A stretch of DNA of 64,000 bases from a virus. The stretch spans positions 10,801-74,800 of IMG/VR virus record IMGVR_UViG_3300045988_103931. One strand, 5' to 3'. Positions within the stretch are counted from its first letter, which is position 1; the number at the start of each line of letters is the position of its first letter. The notes below the pieces were generated by a model. The model saw only the letters and a program-made list of their open reading frames with translations, did no database searches and was not told the origin of the DNA. The translations under genes and the position numbers were made by a program. Of this stretch, positions 1 through 7,657 are shown piece after piece.

Positions 1-395
1 AGTACATAGTGCTGATTAAAGCCAAAATCATGCGTAACTTAGCGAACGGCAGTTATAAAGGCGTGTGCAATGCCGTGTGCGCCACATTCGGCTGTGAACA
101 AAGCGCGTTAAAGTTTGAAGAATCAACCGACCCATGCACCATTAAAGCCACGGTGTTCCCCGTAAAAGAAATCAATGCGGCGGGATTTACTGCTTCACAG
201 GCACTTGCTATTATCAAGTCACTTTTGCCCGTGTGCGTCACACTGGAAACAATCGTCGTTGACGGCACGTTTGAATTTGCGGACAGTGAGGGAGTTATAG
301 ACAATAACGCAGGATTCGCCGACGTTGAGGGCGGTACGATAGGCGGCACGTTCGGAACGGTATATGGCGGCGAAGGTTCGGAATTACCTATATAA
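1..395 (+). CDS. tail/baseplate-associated protein, 5'-truncated by window edge
   Basis: Frame 3 is open from base 3 with no upstream stop, so the GTG at 9 is probably internal. Directly precedes tail-fibre genes. Gly-rich C-terminus. Function from context only. Confidence 0.45.
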   Translation, partial: YIVLIKAKIMRNLANGSYKGVCNAVCATFGCEQSALKFEESTDPCTIKATVFPVKEINAAGFTASQALAIIKSLLPVCVTLETIVVDGTFEFADSEGVIDNNAGFADVEGGTIGGTFGTVYGGEGSELPI

Positions 396-407
396 GGAGG
401 GCGTATA

Positions 408-1034
408 ATGAGCTTCACAAATATTTTTACTGAGTGGGCAAAAAACGGAACGAAAGTAGCACCCACCTCAACCCTTGAAAGCACTGGCTTTACAGGTGGC
501 ATGAAACCTCCTGCCAGTGTTTTTAACTATATGTGGGATAAGATAGGCAAAGCAATAACGGAGCTACAAACGGCTGTGAGTGGCAAGGTAAGCACAAGCC
601 AAGGCACAACCGAAAAAGGCAAGTTTCTGTCTGTAGGAACGGACGGCAATGTAACAACGGTAGACAGTCCTGCCAACAGTTGTGTATCAAAATGGCAAGG
701 AACGGCGGCAAGCGGTAAAACGCTTACCGTTGGTACTGACGGCTATGTAACGGCGGTGGATAAGTCAAGTACAAAGGCAACCGCAACCATCGGAACAACA
801 TGGACGGGAAGTTCCGCACCGTACACACAGTCTATCAACATTACAGGTGTTACAGCTGATAATGTTGTGGAAATTTCACTACCGACAAACGCAACTGCCG
901 CGCAAGTTTCCGCATATAACGATCTTGTGTTGCAAGACGGCGGTCAAGCGACGGGGAAAATAACTCTCCGTGCGTTCGGTACGAAAAACTCAATAACCAT
1001 ACCGATTAACGTAATCATTAGGGGGGATTTATAA
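408..1034 (+). CDS. tail fibre protein
   Basis: SD AAGGAGGG upstream. N-terminal TGFTGGMKPPASVFNYMWDKIG block resembles conserved phage tail-fibre N-termini. Sits in the fibre gene cluster. Confidence 0.6.
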   Translation: MSFTNIFTEWAKNGTKVAPTSTLESTGFTGGMKPPASVFNYMWDKIGKAITELQTAVSGKVSTSQGTTEKGKFLSVGTDGNVTTVDSPANSCVSKWQGTAASGKTLTVGTDGYVTAVDKSSTKATATIGTTWTGSSAPYTQSINITGVTADNVVEISLPTNATAAQVSAYNDLVLQDGGQATGKITLRAFGTKNSITIPINVIIRGDL

Positions 1035-1726
1035 TGCCTATTCTGATCAAAGGCTCTGGCGGAAAGAAAGCCAAACTGCAACCGAAGTCAACAACGCCGA
1101 CAAAAAGCGAACAGACTATCATGCCCGACAGTGGATTTGACGGACTGAGCCAATGCAAGGTATACCCTATTCCCTCATCTTATGTTTCTCCGTCGTATAC
1201 GCAAAGCTCTAAAACATGGACACCGGGAACAAGCAATCAATATATTTCAAGCGGAACGTACTGTTCGGGACTACAGACAATCGAAGGTGATAGCAATCTC
1301 GTTGCAAGTAATATAAAAAAAGGCGTTAGCATTTTCGGAAAAACTGGGACTTACGCTCCAGAAATAGTCGAGGGCAAAGTGTATGGAAGTGGTGATTCGA
1401 TAACCATTGATATATCTTCCTTAACAAAGACACCTTACTATGTTTTTTTGGTTGCGGTAAATCCACAAAACAATGATTCTTATGTGAGAATGTTAAGCTG
1501 GCACATCGGTGATTATAGCGTCACAGCAGCGAGACTGTATCTTGGCACTTCTTCTTTCAAAGTTAAGTATCCATCTGTAACTGATTTGGATTCAACTTCA
1601 ACTCAGTTGATCTTAGAAGTAAGTAAGTTGTCATCTGCTCCGAGCGGTGACGGCTCTATTCCCGTAGAAGAAATAAAATATTTTTACACCGATACGCAGT
1701 ACGAATATGTAGTCTTTGCGCAATAA
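1034..1726 (+). CDS. hypothetical structural protein (fibre-associated)
   Basis: ATAATG overlap with the upstream fibre gene. Contains NLVASNIKKGVSIFGKTGTY block. Position between two fibre genes. Confidence 0.5.
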   Translation: MPILIKGSGGKKAKLQPKSTTPTKSEQTIMPDSGFDGLSQCKVYPIPSSYVSPSYTQSSKTWTPGTSNQYISSGTYCSGLQTIEGDSNLVASNIKKGVSIFGKTGTYAPEIVEGKVYGSGDSITIDISSLTKTPYYVFLVAVNPQNNDSYVRMLSWHIGDYSVTAARLYLGTSSFKVKYPSVTDLDSTSTQLILEVSKLSSAPSGDGSIPVEEIKYFYTDTQYEYVVFAQ

Positions 1727-1761
1727 TCCCTTAAAATATATTTTTGAAAAGGAGTATTATC

Positions 1762-3969
1762 ATGAACGAGAACGAAACAAAAGTAACTCAATCTTACAAC
1801 GAACAGCCTAACCCTCCAACAGCAGAAACAAATGCAACAAGAGAAGCGTGGGCGTGTACCACTCCCGAAATTGGTTACGGAGATTACGATACCAACGTAT
1901 CGTTGCAAAGCAAGCTCGATGATATTGATAGCACTGTTGCGGGTAAAGCCAATGCAACGCACAATCAGAGCGCAAGCACCATCACAGGACTTGCAACTGT
2001 AGCGACAAGTGGACTGTATGCAGACTTAGAGGGTTCGCCTACCTCACTTCCTGCGAACGGCGGTAATGCCGATACCGTAGACAACAAACACGCAAGTGAT
2101 TTTGCAACGGCAAGCCACACACACACACAATATGCAAGCACAAGTCACAGTCATGCTCAGAGCGACGTAACGGGTCTCACAGACGCATTAAACGGTAAAG
2201 CGAATACTAACCATACCCATAATTACGCCGCTTCTACGCACACTCACACGCTCGACAGCATATCAGAGACAACAAGCAAAAAGGTTATGACAGCAGCAGA
2301 ACGGACAAAGCTGTCAGGCATTGCAGAAAACGCGAACAACTACACACACCCCGCAAGTCATGCGGCAAGCATGATAACAGGACTTGCAACCGTGGCAACG
2401 TCGGGAAAGTACGCTGATTTAAGCGGCAAGCCTACATCAATGACACCGACAGCGCACACGCACGCGCAAAGCGATATAACGGGACTTGCAACCGCTCTGT
2501 CGGGAAAAGCAGATACCGAACATACACATGAACAGTCGGATATAACGGGACTTGCTACCGCTCTTGCAGGAAAAGCCGCTTCAAGTCATACACACAGCGC
2601 AGTTACGGCGGCGGCAAATGGCATGATGATTGCGGCTGATAAACAAAAACTTGATGGCATTGCAACGGGAGCGAACAAAACCGTTGTTGACAGCGCATTA
2701 AGCTCGACAAGCACAAACCCCGTTCAGAATAAAGTTATAAACAATGCACTGTACGGAAAAGCAAACTCAAGTCACACACACGCTCAGAGCGACGTGACAG
2801 GACTTGAGAGCGCATTAAACAACAAGGCTAATACAACACACACCCATGCGCAAACGGCTATTACAGGGCTTTCTGACGCGCTTGCAGGCAAGGCAAACAC
2901 AGACCATACGCACATACTATATCATTCTACACAGACCGTATCGTCTTACAAATTGATATACCTTGCAACTAACGGAAACGACAACAACAATGGATTTTCA
3001 CAGTCAACTCCGATGAAAACGATTAAAGGCACGCTGAAAAAGTACGCAGATAAATACAAGTTCCTTGATCTTCGTCTTGCGGATGGAACTTATACAGAAG
3101 ATATAGGCACTATAGCGTTAGACCAGTGCAATCTTTCGATAAGAAGTATCTCGGAAGACAAAGACAAAGTTACGCTGAATATGCAAACGACGATGGAGTT
3201 GAGCGTGTGTGAAATGAGAATGTACAACATGACGATCAACGTACCAATTACGGGAGTTAGAGCGATAAGTGTAAATGCAGGTGTATTCTATGCGTATGCT
3301 GTAAGGTTTAATGTCCCGATAAACTCTAATTCAAGTTGTATTAACGTATACAATGGAAGTTCCGCATTCCTGATGAACTGCATTCTCAATAGCGGCACTG
3401 GCTCGTCAACAGGCGCGTGCATTTACGGCAATCAAGCAATGATGATTAAAGCTATCAACTGCACAAGCGAAAGAACGGTTGCTACAGCATTCTATGCTCA
3501 TAACGGAACGGAAATCATCTACTCTGACACAATAACAGCAACCACAAAAACTAAGGAGACGTACTACGGCAAATGCACCGTCAGGGCGGCTAATCCAAGT
3601 ACGATTTTGTGGACTGGAGTTCTGTTCATGAACGCAAATCACACTATCACGCCAACAAAGAAGCTTTCAGATTGTCAAAACGGATGGATGTTGCTGTGGT
3701 CTGATTACGATGAGGATGGGAAGGCGGCTCAAGACGCAGACTTCGTTACAACCATGATTCCTAAAAAGAAGCCAAACGGAGGAACATGGGACGGGAAAAC
3801 ATTCCACTGCGATGTTCCGAGGTATTACGGCAGCAACACAAACGATGTAGATACAGAGAGAAGAGTAATAAAAACACTGTATATCTACAACGACAAGATA
3901 GTTGGGCACGTTGTCAACGATAAGGATGAGCGCACGGACGTTGTTCTTCGGGCGGTATATGAATATTAA
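1762..3969 (+). CDS. tail spike/fibre with His-rich fibre repeats and C-terminal beta-helix (pectate-lyase-like) domain
   Basis: ATG at 1762 with AAGGAG 8 nt upstream (the listed TTG at 1744 is less likely). Five to six HTHAQSD(I/V)TGL..AL.GKA repeats. GNDNNNGFSQSTPMKTIKG followed by Asn/Cys-rich repeats typical of right-handed beta-helix depolymerases. Confidence 0.7.
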   Translation: MNENETKVTQSYNEQPNPPTAETNATREAWACTTPEIGYGDYDTNVSLQSKLDDIDSTVAGKANATHNQSASTITGLATVATSGLYADLEGSPTSLPANGGNADTVDNKHASDFATASHTHTQYASTSHSHAQSDVTGLTDALNGKANTNHTHNYAASTHTHTLDSISETTSKKVMTAAERTKLSGIAENANNYTHPASHAASMITGLATVATSGKYADLSGKPTSMTPTAHTHAQSDITGLATALSGKADTEHTHEQSDITGLATALAGKAASSHTHSAVTAAANGMMIAADKQKLDGIATGANKTVVDSALSSTSTNPVQNKVINNALYGKANSSHTHAQSDVTGLESALNNKANTTHTHAQTAITGLSDALAGKANTDHTHILYHSTQTVSSYKLIYLATNGNDNNNGFSQSTPMKTIKGTLKKYADKYKFLDLRLADGTYTEDIGTIALDQCNLSIRSISEDKDKVTLNMQTTMELSVCEMRMYNMTINVPITGVRAISVNAGVFYAYAVRFNVPINSNSSCINVYNGSSAFLMNCILNSGTGSSTGACIYGNQAMMIKAINCTSERTVATAFYAHNGTEIIYSDTITATTKTKETYYGKCTVRAANPSTILWTGVLFMNANHTITPTKKLSDCQNGWMLLWSDYDEDGKAAQDADFVTTMIPKKKPNGGTWDGKTFHCDVPRYYGSNTNDVDTERRVIKTLYIYNDKIVGHVVNDKDERTDVVLRAVYEY

Positions 3970-4243
3970 ACGTCCAAAAAGAATTGAAACAAGCAAGCTA
4001 ATATTGATAGTATCATACGCAATGGCGGTCGCTTTGACCGCCATTGTTGTTTATGGTTCGTTCGCTTATCTTGATATGTCAAGCGTTGTGCAGATAGCAC
4101 TTGCGGCATGGGCAGAGGTTGCCGCAACAAACGTCTGGTATTACAAAAAAGCGGGCAGAGAAAACGCGCTCAAAATCTACAAATCCTTACCACAAGAAAT
4201 TAAGGATCAAGTTGATATAAATCAAATAATTAATCATGAATGA
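3959..4243 (+). CDS. small membrane protein, holin-like
   Basis: ATG 3959 overlaps the tail-spike stop. Two predicted TM helices (LILIVSYAMAVALTAIVVYGSF, VVQIALAAWAEVAATNVWYY). Lies just upstream of holin and lysin. Confidence 0.5.
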   Translation: MNIKRPKRIETSKLILIVSYAMAVALTAIVVYGSFAYLDMSSVVQIALAAWAEVAATNVWYYKKAGRENALKIYKSLPQEIKDQVDINQIINHE

Positions 4244-4253
4244 GGTGTAATAT

Positions 4254-4565
4254 ATGTTTGATGTAACTGAAATTATTTCTGGGGTTATTACAATTATAAC
4301 GGCTCTCATAACCGTATTTCTGATACCTTATCTCAAGGCGAAACTTGATGAAGCAAAAAGAAAGCGTATAAAAGAATACGTTGACGTTGCCGTGAAAGCC
4401 GCAGAACAATTATTCCCGTCTATTGACGGTGAAAAAATGGGCATAGAAAAGCTCAATTATGTAGCCAAACTGCTTGAAGCAAAAGGCATTACATTCAATG
4501 TTGAAGACGTGACTGATGATATACGTGCAATGATTGAATCGTCCGTGAACGAGTTTACAAAATAA
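4254..4565 (+). CDS. holin (LL-H/phage_holin_6-like)
   Basis: N-terminal TM (IISGVITIITALITVFLIPYL) followed by a charged helical tail with VAVKAAEQLF. Immediately upstream of the endolysin. Confidence 0.6.
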   Translation: MFDVTEIISGVITIITALITVFLIPYLKAKLDEAKRKRIKEYVDVAVKAAEQLFPSIDGEKMGIEKLNYVAKLLEAKGITFNVEDVTDDIRAMIESSVNEFTK

Positions 4566-4566
4566 C

Positions 4567-4593
4567 AACGCGCATTTTTTGCGCGTTTTTTTA
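4567..4593 (+). terminator. hairpin plus T-run (leaky terminator or attenuator before lysin)
   Basis: AACGCGCA-ttttt-TGCGCGTT followed by TTTTT. Confidence 0.55.
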
Positions 4594-4608
4594 TTGGAGG
4601 TATAAACT

Positions 4609-5448
4609 ATGGCATACAAAGTTATTGATATATCTCAGTGGAATGGGAATATTGATTGGAATAAGGCGAAAAATGAAATAGATGGGGCTATTATCCGTGC
4701 GGGTTATCGTGGATATGGTGCAGCAGGAACATTAGCAACCGACACCAAATTCAACGAGAACATGAGTAATGCCATTGCGGCGGGTGTGCCTGTCGGGGTT
4801 TACTGGCTTAGTCAGGCATTATCAGAAGCAGAAGCAAAAGCCGAAGCGGTATATCTTGTGAGTCTCATGAAGAAATACAAGGTAGCATATCCTGTTTACC
4901 TTGACAGCGAACACGGAGAAATACACGGCAACGGACGCGCCGATAAGCTCGACAAAGGTACACGAACAAAATACGCAAAAGCGTTTTTAAAAGCACTCAA
5001 AGACGCAGGATACACGGCAGGACTGTATTGCTCTGAATGGTGGTACATGAATGATATTGACGGCAAATCCATCAGTGATGATGGTTATACAGTATGGTGC
5101 GCAAACATTACGAACAAGCCTAAGATAAGCAAATATGACGCATGGCAATACACATGGAAAGGTAAAATCTCTGGTATTAACGGTGATGTAGATGTAAGTT
5201 ATTTTTACAAAAAGTTCGGTGAGAAAACAACTGCCACGGCACAAAAACCTGCCGCGAAATACTTTGTAAAAACTACTTACACGGGTGTGTCATTGGTCGA
5301 GGGATTGCGTTCTATTGGCGCACAAAACACATTCGCTTATCGCAAGCAAATAGCAAAGGCAAACGGCATTTTGAATTACACAGGAACAGCGGTTCAAAAT
5401 ACTAAATTGCTTGATTTGCTCAAAAAAGGCAAATTAATCAAACCATAA
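4609..5448 (+). CDS. endolysin, GH25 muramidase with C-terminal wall-binding domain
   Basis: YKVIDISQWNGNIDWNKAK..GAIIRAGYRG and DSEH motifs are typical of GH25 lysozymes. C-terminal RKQIAKANGILNYTGTAVQNTKLLDLLKKGKL repeat-like binding module. Confidence 0.85.
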   Translation: MAYKVIDISQWNGNIDWNKAKNEIDGAIIRAGYRGYGAAGTLATDTKFNENMSNAIAAGVPVGVYWLSQALSEAEAKAEAVYLVSLMKKYKVAYPVYLDSEHGEIHGNGRADKLDKGTRTKYAKAFLKALKDAGYTAGLYCSEWWYMNDIDGKSISDDGYTVWCANITNKPKISKYDAWQYTWKGKISGINGDVDVSYFYKKFGEKTTATAQKPAAKYFVKTTYTGVSLVEGLRSIGAQNTFAYRKQIAKANGILNYTGTAVQNTKLLDLLKKGKLIKP

Positions 5449-5452
5449 TAAA

Positions 5453-5535
5453 AAATGAAAATGAAAATGATAATGAGAATGAGAATGAAGTATCGTACCA
5501 CGATTCGTGGCACGATTCGTGCAACGATTCGCTCT
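5453..5535 (+). repeat. iteron block, copy 1 (AATGAN hexamer run plus three ~12-bp ACGATTCG-core repeats)
   Basis: aaatgaaaatgaaaatgataatgagaatgagaatgaagtatcgtaccacgat is near-identical to 39917-39975. Followed by ccacgattcgtgg / cacgattcgtg / caacgattcg. Confidence 0.8.
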
Positions 5536-5553
5536 CATACTCATAATCAGAAC

Positions 5554-5590
5554 GAAGCTCATCCGATTATATTTCGGGTGAGCTTTTTTT
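5554..5590 (+). terminator. rho-independent terminator of the lysis operon
   Basis: AAGCTCAtCCGA...TCGGgTGAGCTT long hairpin followed by TTTTTTT. Confidence 0.75.
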
Positions 5591-5630
5591 GTTGATAAAA
5601 ATATCAAAACAAGAAACAAAAAGATAACAA

Positions 5631-5652
5631 CGCGTTCATATCGTGGTAACAT
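5631..5652 (+). promoter_or_regulatory. variant promoter V0 (GCGTTCATAT box plus TGgTAACAT)
   Basis: cgcgttcatatcgTGgTAACAT shares the GCGTTCATAT box and extended -10 with V1, V2 and V3. Confidence 0.4.
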
Positions 5653-5792
5653 ATATGAGTTATACTTATAACATCACAGAGATGTGAAATATTTAAAGAA
5701 AAGAGGTAAAACCTTTCTCTTTGCTTTTAGCGCAGGTGTTTTATTATATTTTATAAGAACAGTCCGCTCATAACAAAAAATCGGCAAAACAA

Positions 5793-5827
5793 AAAATCCG
5801 TAACGAGCAATACGGATTTTTTTGTTT
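5793..5827. terminator. bidirectional hairpin terminator
   Basis: AAAATCCGTA-acgagcaa-TACGGATTTT flanked by an A-run and a T-run. Confidence 0.65.
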
Positions 5828-5837
5828 TCAATATTAA

Positions 5838-5880
5838 TTTACTTTGTGTTCATATTGAGTTCATAGTGGTGTGGTATCAT
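5838..5880 (+). promoter_or_regulatory. variant promoter V1
   Basis: TTTACTTTGTGTTCATATTGAGTTCATA...TGgTATCAT. Paralogous to 6009-6051 and 57299-57341. Confidence 0.5.
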
Positions 5881-5886
5881 ATATGT

Positions 5887-6007
5887 ACAGAGTGATGTTC
5901 CGTTTAAAAATGTCGTAGTTTTTAAAAAAACATTTTAATCTGTCCTTTCTTTCCTATTTCCCCTTGTTTGAAAAACCCACGTCCGCAGCGTGGGTTTTTC
6001 TTATTTT
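5887..6007 (+). ncRNA. candidate short transcript 1 (promoter V1 to terminator)
   Basis: About 115 nt between the -10 at 5875-5880 and terminator AAAAACCCACG-tccgcag-CGTGGGTTTTTC (5971-6003). No plausible ORF or SD. Confidence 0.3.
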
Positions 6008-6008
6008 A

Positions 6009-6051
6009 TTTACTTTGCGTTCATATCAAGTTCATATATGCATGGTATCAT
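6009..6051 (+). promoter_or_regulatory. variant promoter V2
   Basis: TTTACTTTGCGTTCATATCAAGTTCATATA..TGgTATCAT. Confidence 0.5.
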
Positions 6052-6057
6052 ATATAC

Positions 6058-6135
6058 ATGAGATGATTTTAAATCAATCTCAACTCCGATCCGAAAAGTG
6101 CCTTGCTATTGCTCTATGCAAGGTGCTTTTTTTAT
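6058..6135 (+). ncRNA. candidate short transcript 2 (promoter V2 to terminator)
   Basis: About 75 nt ending in hairpin GTGCCTTGC...GCAAGGTGC plus TTTTTTT (6098-6135). No SD or ORF. Confidence 0.3.
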
Positions 6136-6163
6136 TTTCGAAAAGAATAGCGTTTTAATAAAT

Positions 6164-6200
6164 GCCGTCTGATTTTGCAATCGGACGGTTTTATTTTTTT
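6164..6200 (+). terminator. rho-independent terminator
   Basis: GCCGTCTGA-ttttgcaa-TCGGACGG followed by TTTTATTTTTTT. Confidence 0.6.
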
Positions 6201-6206
6201 GGAATT

Positions 6207-6276
6207 GTGAACGATGATTTACAGATTGTTCACAAAATACTGTGGAATACATACCGCGGGAGAGGTATGATATAAT
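6207..6276 (+). promoter_or_regulatory. conserved promoter/operator cassette, copy A
   Basis: GTGAACGAT-GATTTACA-GATTGTTCAC inverted repeat, GGAAT, ATACC-N8-GGTAT, TATAAT. Conserved CACaAGGAA..ACAAAC leader up to ATG 6322. Confidence 0.6.
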
Positions 6277-6321
6277 CACGATAAGGAAAACACAAACACA
6301 AATCCAAAGAAGGGGAAGAAA

Positions 6322-6558
6322 ATGTATATCGGTAATAATTACATGGTAAACACAAAACTTGCAAATGGAATCTATCACAACGAATACTTCATTGACGAAA
6401 AAAGCGCGATTGCATATGCAAACGAATGCTACAAACGCGGAGACATGGAGATTGAGCTACTGCGTCGTGGGAGATGTGGCTACTACAGAATGAAAAAAAT
6501 CGTCAGAAAGTTCGCTGGAAGTCCGTTATATGAAGTTGTATACGACGATTTCCGTTGA
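6322..6558 (+). CDS. hypothetical protein (first gene of cassette-A unit)
   Basis: ATG with AAGGGGAAG SD. 78 aa. No recognisable motif. Confidence 0.6.
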   Translation: MYIGNNYMVNTKLANGIYHNEYFIDEKSAIAYANECYKRGDMEIELLRRGRCGYYRMKKIVRKFAGSPLYEVVYDDFR

Positions 6559-6579
6559 ATTTGAGAATGACGCAGACGC

Positions 6580-6648
6580 AGAGTGACCGCCGAAAGGCGG
6601 GTAATGCGAGTACCGAAAACGGTAGCGGTCACAACTCCGCAAGAAAGG
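6580..6648 (+). promoter_or_regulatory. conserved structured intergenic RNA element, copy S1
   Basis: AGAGTGA-CCGCC-gaaa-GGCGG-GTAATGCG..TACCG-aaaa-CGGTA-GCGG-tcacaact-CCGC-aAGAAAGG. Homologous to 15828-15916 and 31589-31658. Confidence 0.55.
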
Positions 6649-6658
6649 AACAAACAAA

Positions 6659-6925
6659 ATGAAATACGCAAGAAATATATACATACGCAATATATTTAGC
6701 AGTATGTACTCATTCGATTCACGGGATTCTGAATATCGCGAAATCGACCTCAAAGAAGCTACACGAAAGATGAATTCTCTCGAAAATATCTTAACGTGGT
6801 TCACAAAATATGAAACAGGAAGCGCAATAGTCTATTTACACCATAAAATTGAAAAAGAGAAAGACATTCAATATTGGAACACCATGGTTAAGGAAACAAT
6901 CGGAGAATATATTTTCTACAAATAA
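6659..6925 (+). CDS. hypothetical protein
   Basis: ATG preceded by the AGAAAGGA SD of element S1. 88 aa. Confidence 0.6.
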   Translation: MKYARNIYIRNIFSSMYSFDSRDSEYREIDLKEATRKMNSLENILTWFTKYETGSAIVYLHHKIEKEKDIQYWNTMVKETIGEYIFYK

Positions 6926-6978
6926 AGAATAAATTCACCGAACGAGAGCGGTTATTCTCCCGTAGAAAGGACTAAAAT

Positions 6979-7299
6979 ATGAAAACACGCATTATCGAAA
7001 ATATTTCAATAGCATTGTATCTTTCTTTTATAGTCTTGTGTGGAACGGCTGCATACTGGTGGGAGAACCTCACGAGCGCGGAAACATTAATAGGGTGGTG
7101 TATTTGCCTTGCCGTGCTTTTTGCCGCTGTGAGCGGTTGGAGAGCGTTTGTGAGACATGGTCTTGAAGTCATAGAATGGAGAGCAACACATAGAGCAATC
7201 CAGTATGACGCAAGAGGAAGTAGACAGGATGAAAACCACCTTGGTTACGTTTCGTCAGAATCAATACGAGAGATCAGCAAGAGAGGAAGAAATGAATAG
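6979..7299 (+). CDS. small membrane protein
   Basis: Preceded by the hairpin-SD element (6944-6970). Two TM helices (ISIALYLSFIVLCGTAAYWW, LIGWCICLAVLFAAVSGW). Confidence 0.6.
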   Translation: MKTRIIENISIALYLSFIVLCGTAAYWWENLTSAETLIGWCICLAVLFAAVSGWRAFVRHGLEVIEWRATHRAIQYDARGSRQDENHLGYVSSESIREISKRGRNE

Positions 7300-7657
7300 C
7301 TCAATATGGAAAGGAAAAGAAATAAGTGATTCACTTATTTTGAGAACAACGGAACGTTCCGCGCTAATTGCAATGCCACGTTATAGTGAGTATAGCGGAT
7401 ATACTTTTTGGCATCCTCTAAAATTAGTTCGGCGCGAATATGGCATTGTGTCTCTCAGATATACGGATGATTTTCAATTCCGTTTGCAGAAACGTGAGAA
7501 AACAAGAAAAGGGCAATGGGAACTTACGGACGAAGTTACACTAACGGCAGAAGAAATTGAGGATATTCTATCGGAAGAAGAACCACTGATATACACGCCG
7601 AAACCGTTAGAACCAGAACACGCAACAGTTGATGAAAGTTTGGTGGATGATGAGTAA
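7292..7657 (+). CDS. hypothetical protein upstream of SNF2 ATPase
   Basis: ATG 7292 with GAGAGGAAG SD overlaps the upstream stop (ATGAATAG). Earlier in-frame ATGs at 7205 and 7229 would overlap the previous gene by 70-95 nt. Confidence 0.55.
   Translation: MNSSIWKGKEISDSLILRTTERSALIAMPRYSEYSGYTFWHPLKLVRREYGIVSLRYTDDFQFRLQKREKTRKGQWELTDEVTLTAEEIEDILSEEEPLIYTPKPLEPEHATVDESLVDDE

Noticed and set aside
5434-6158. ORFs 5434-5652 (minus) and 5964-6158 (plus) in the post-lysin region.
   Set aside because: The first translates the iteron block (HSHSHYHFHFHF). The second runs through a strong terminator and a promoter. Neither has an SD.
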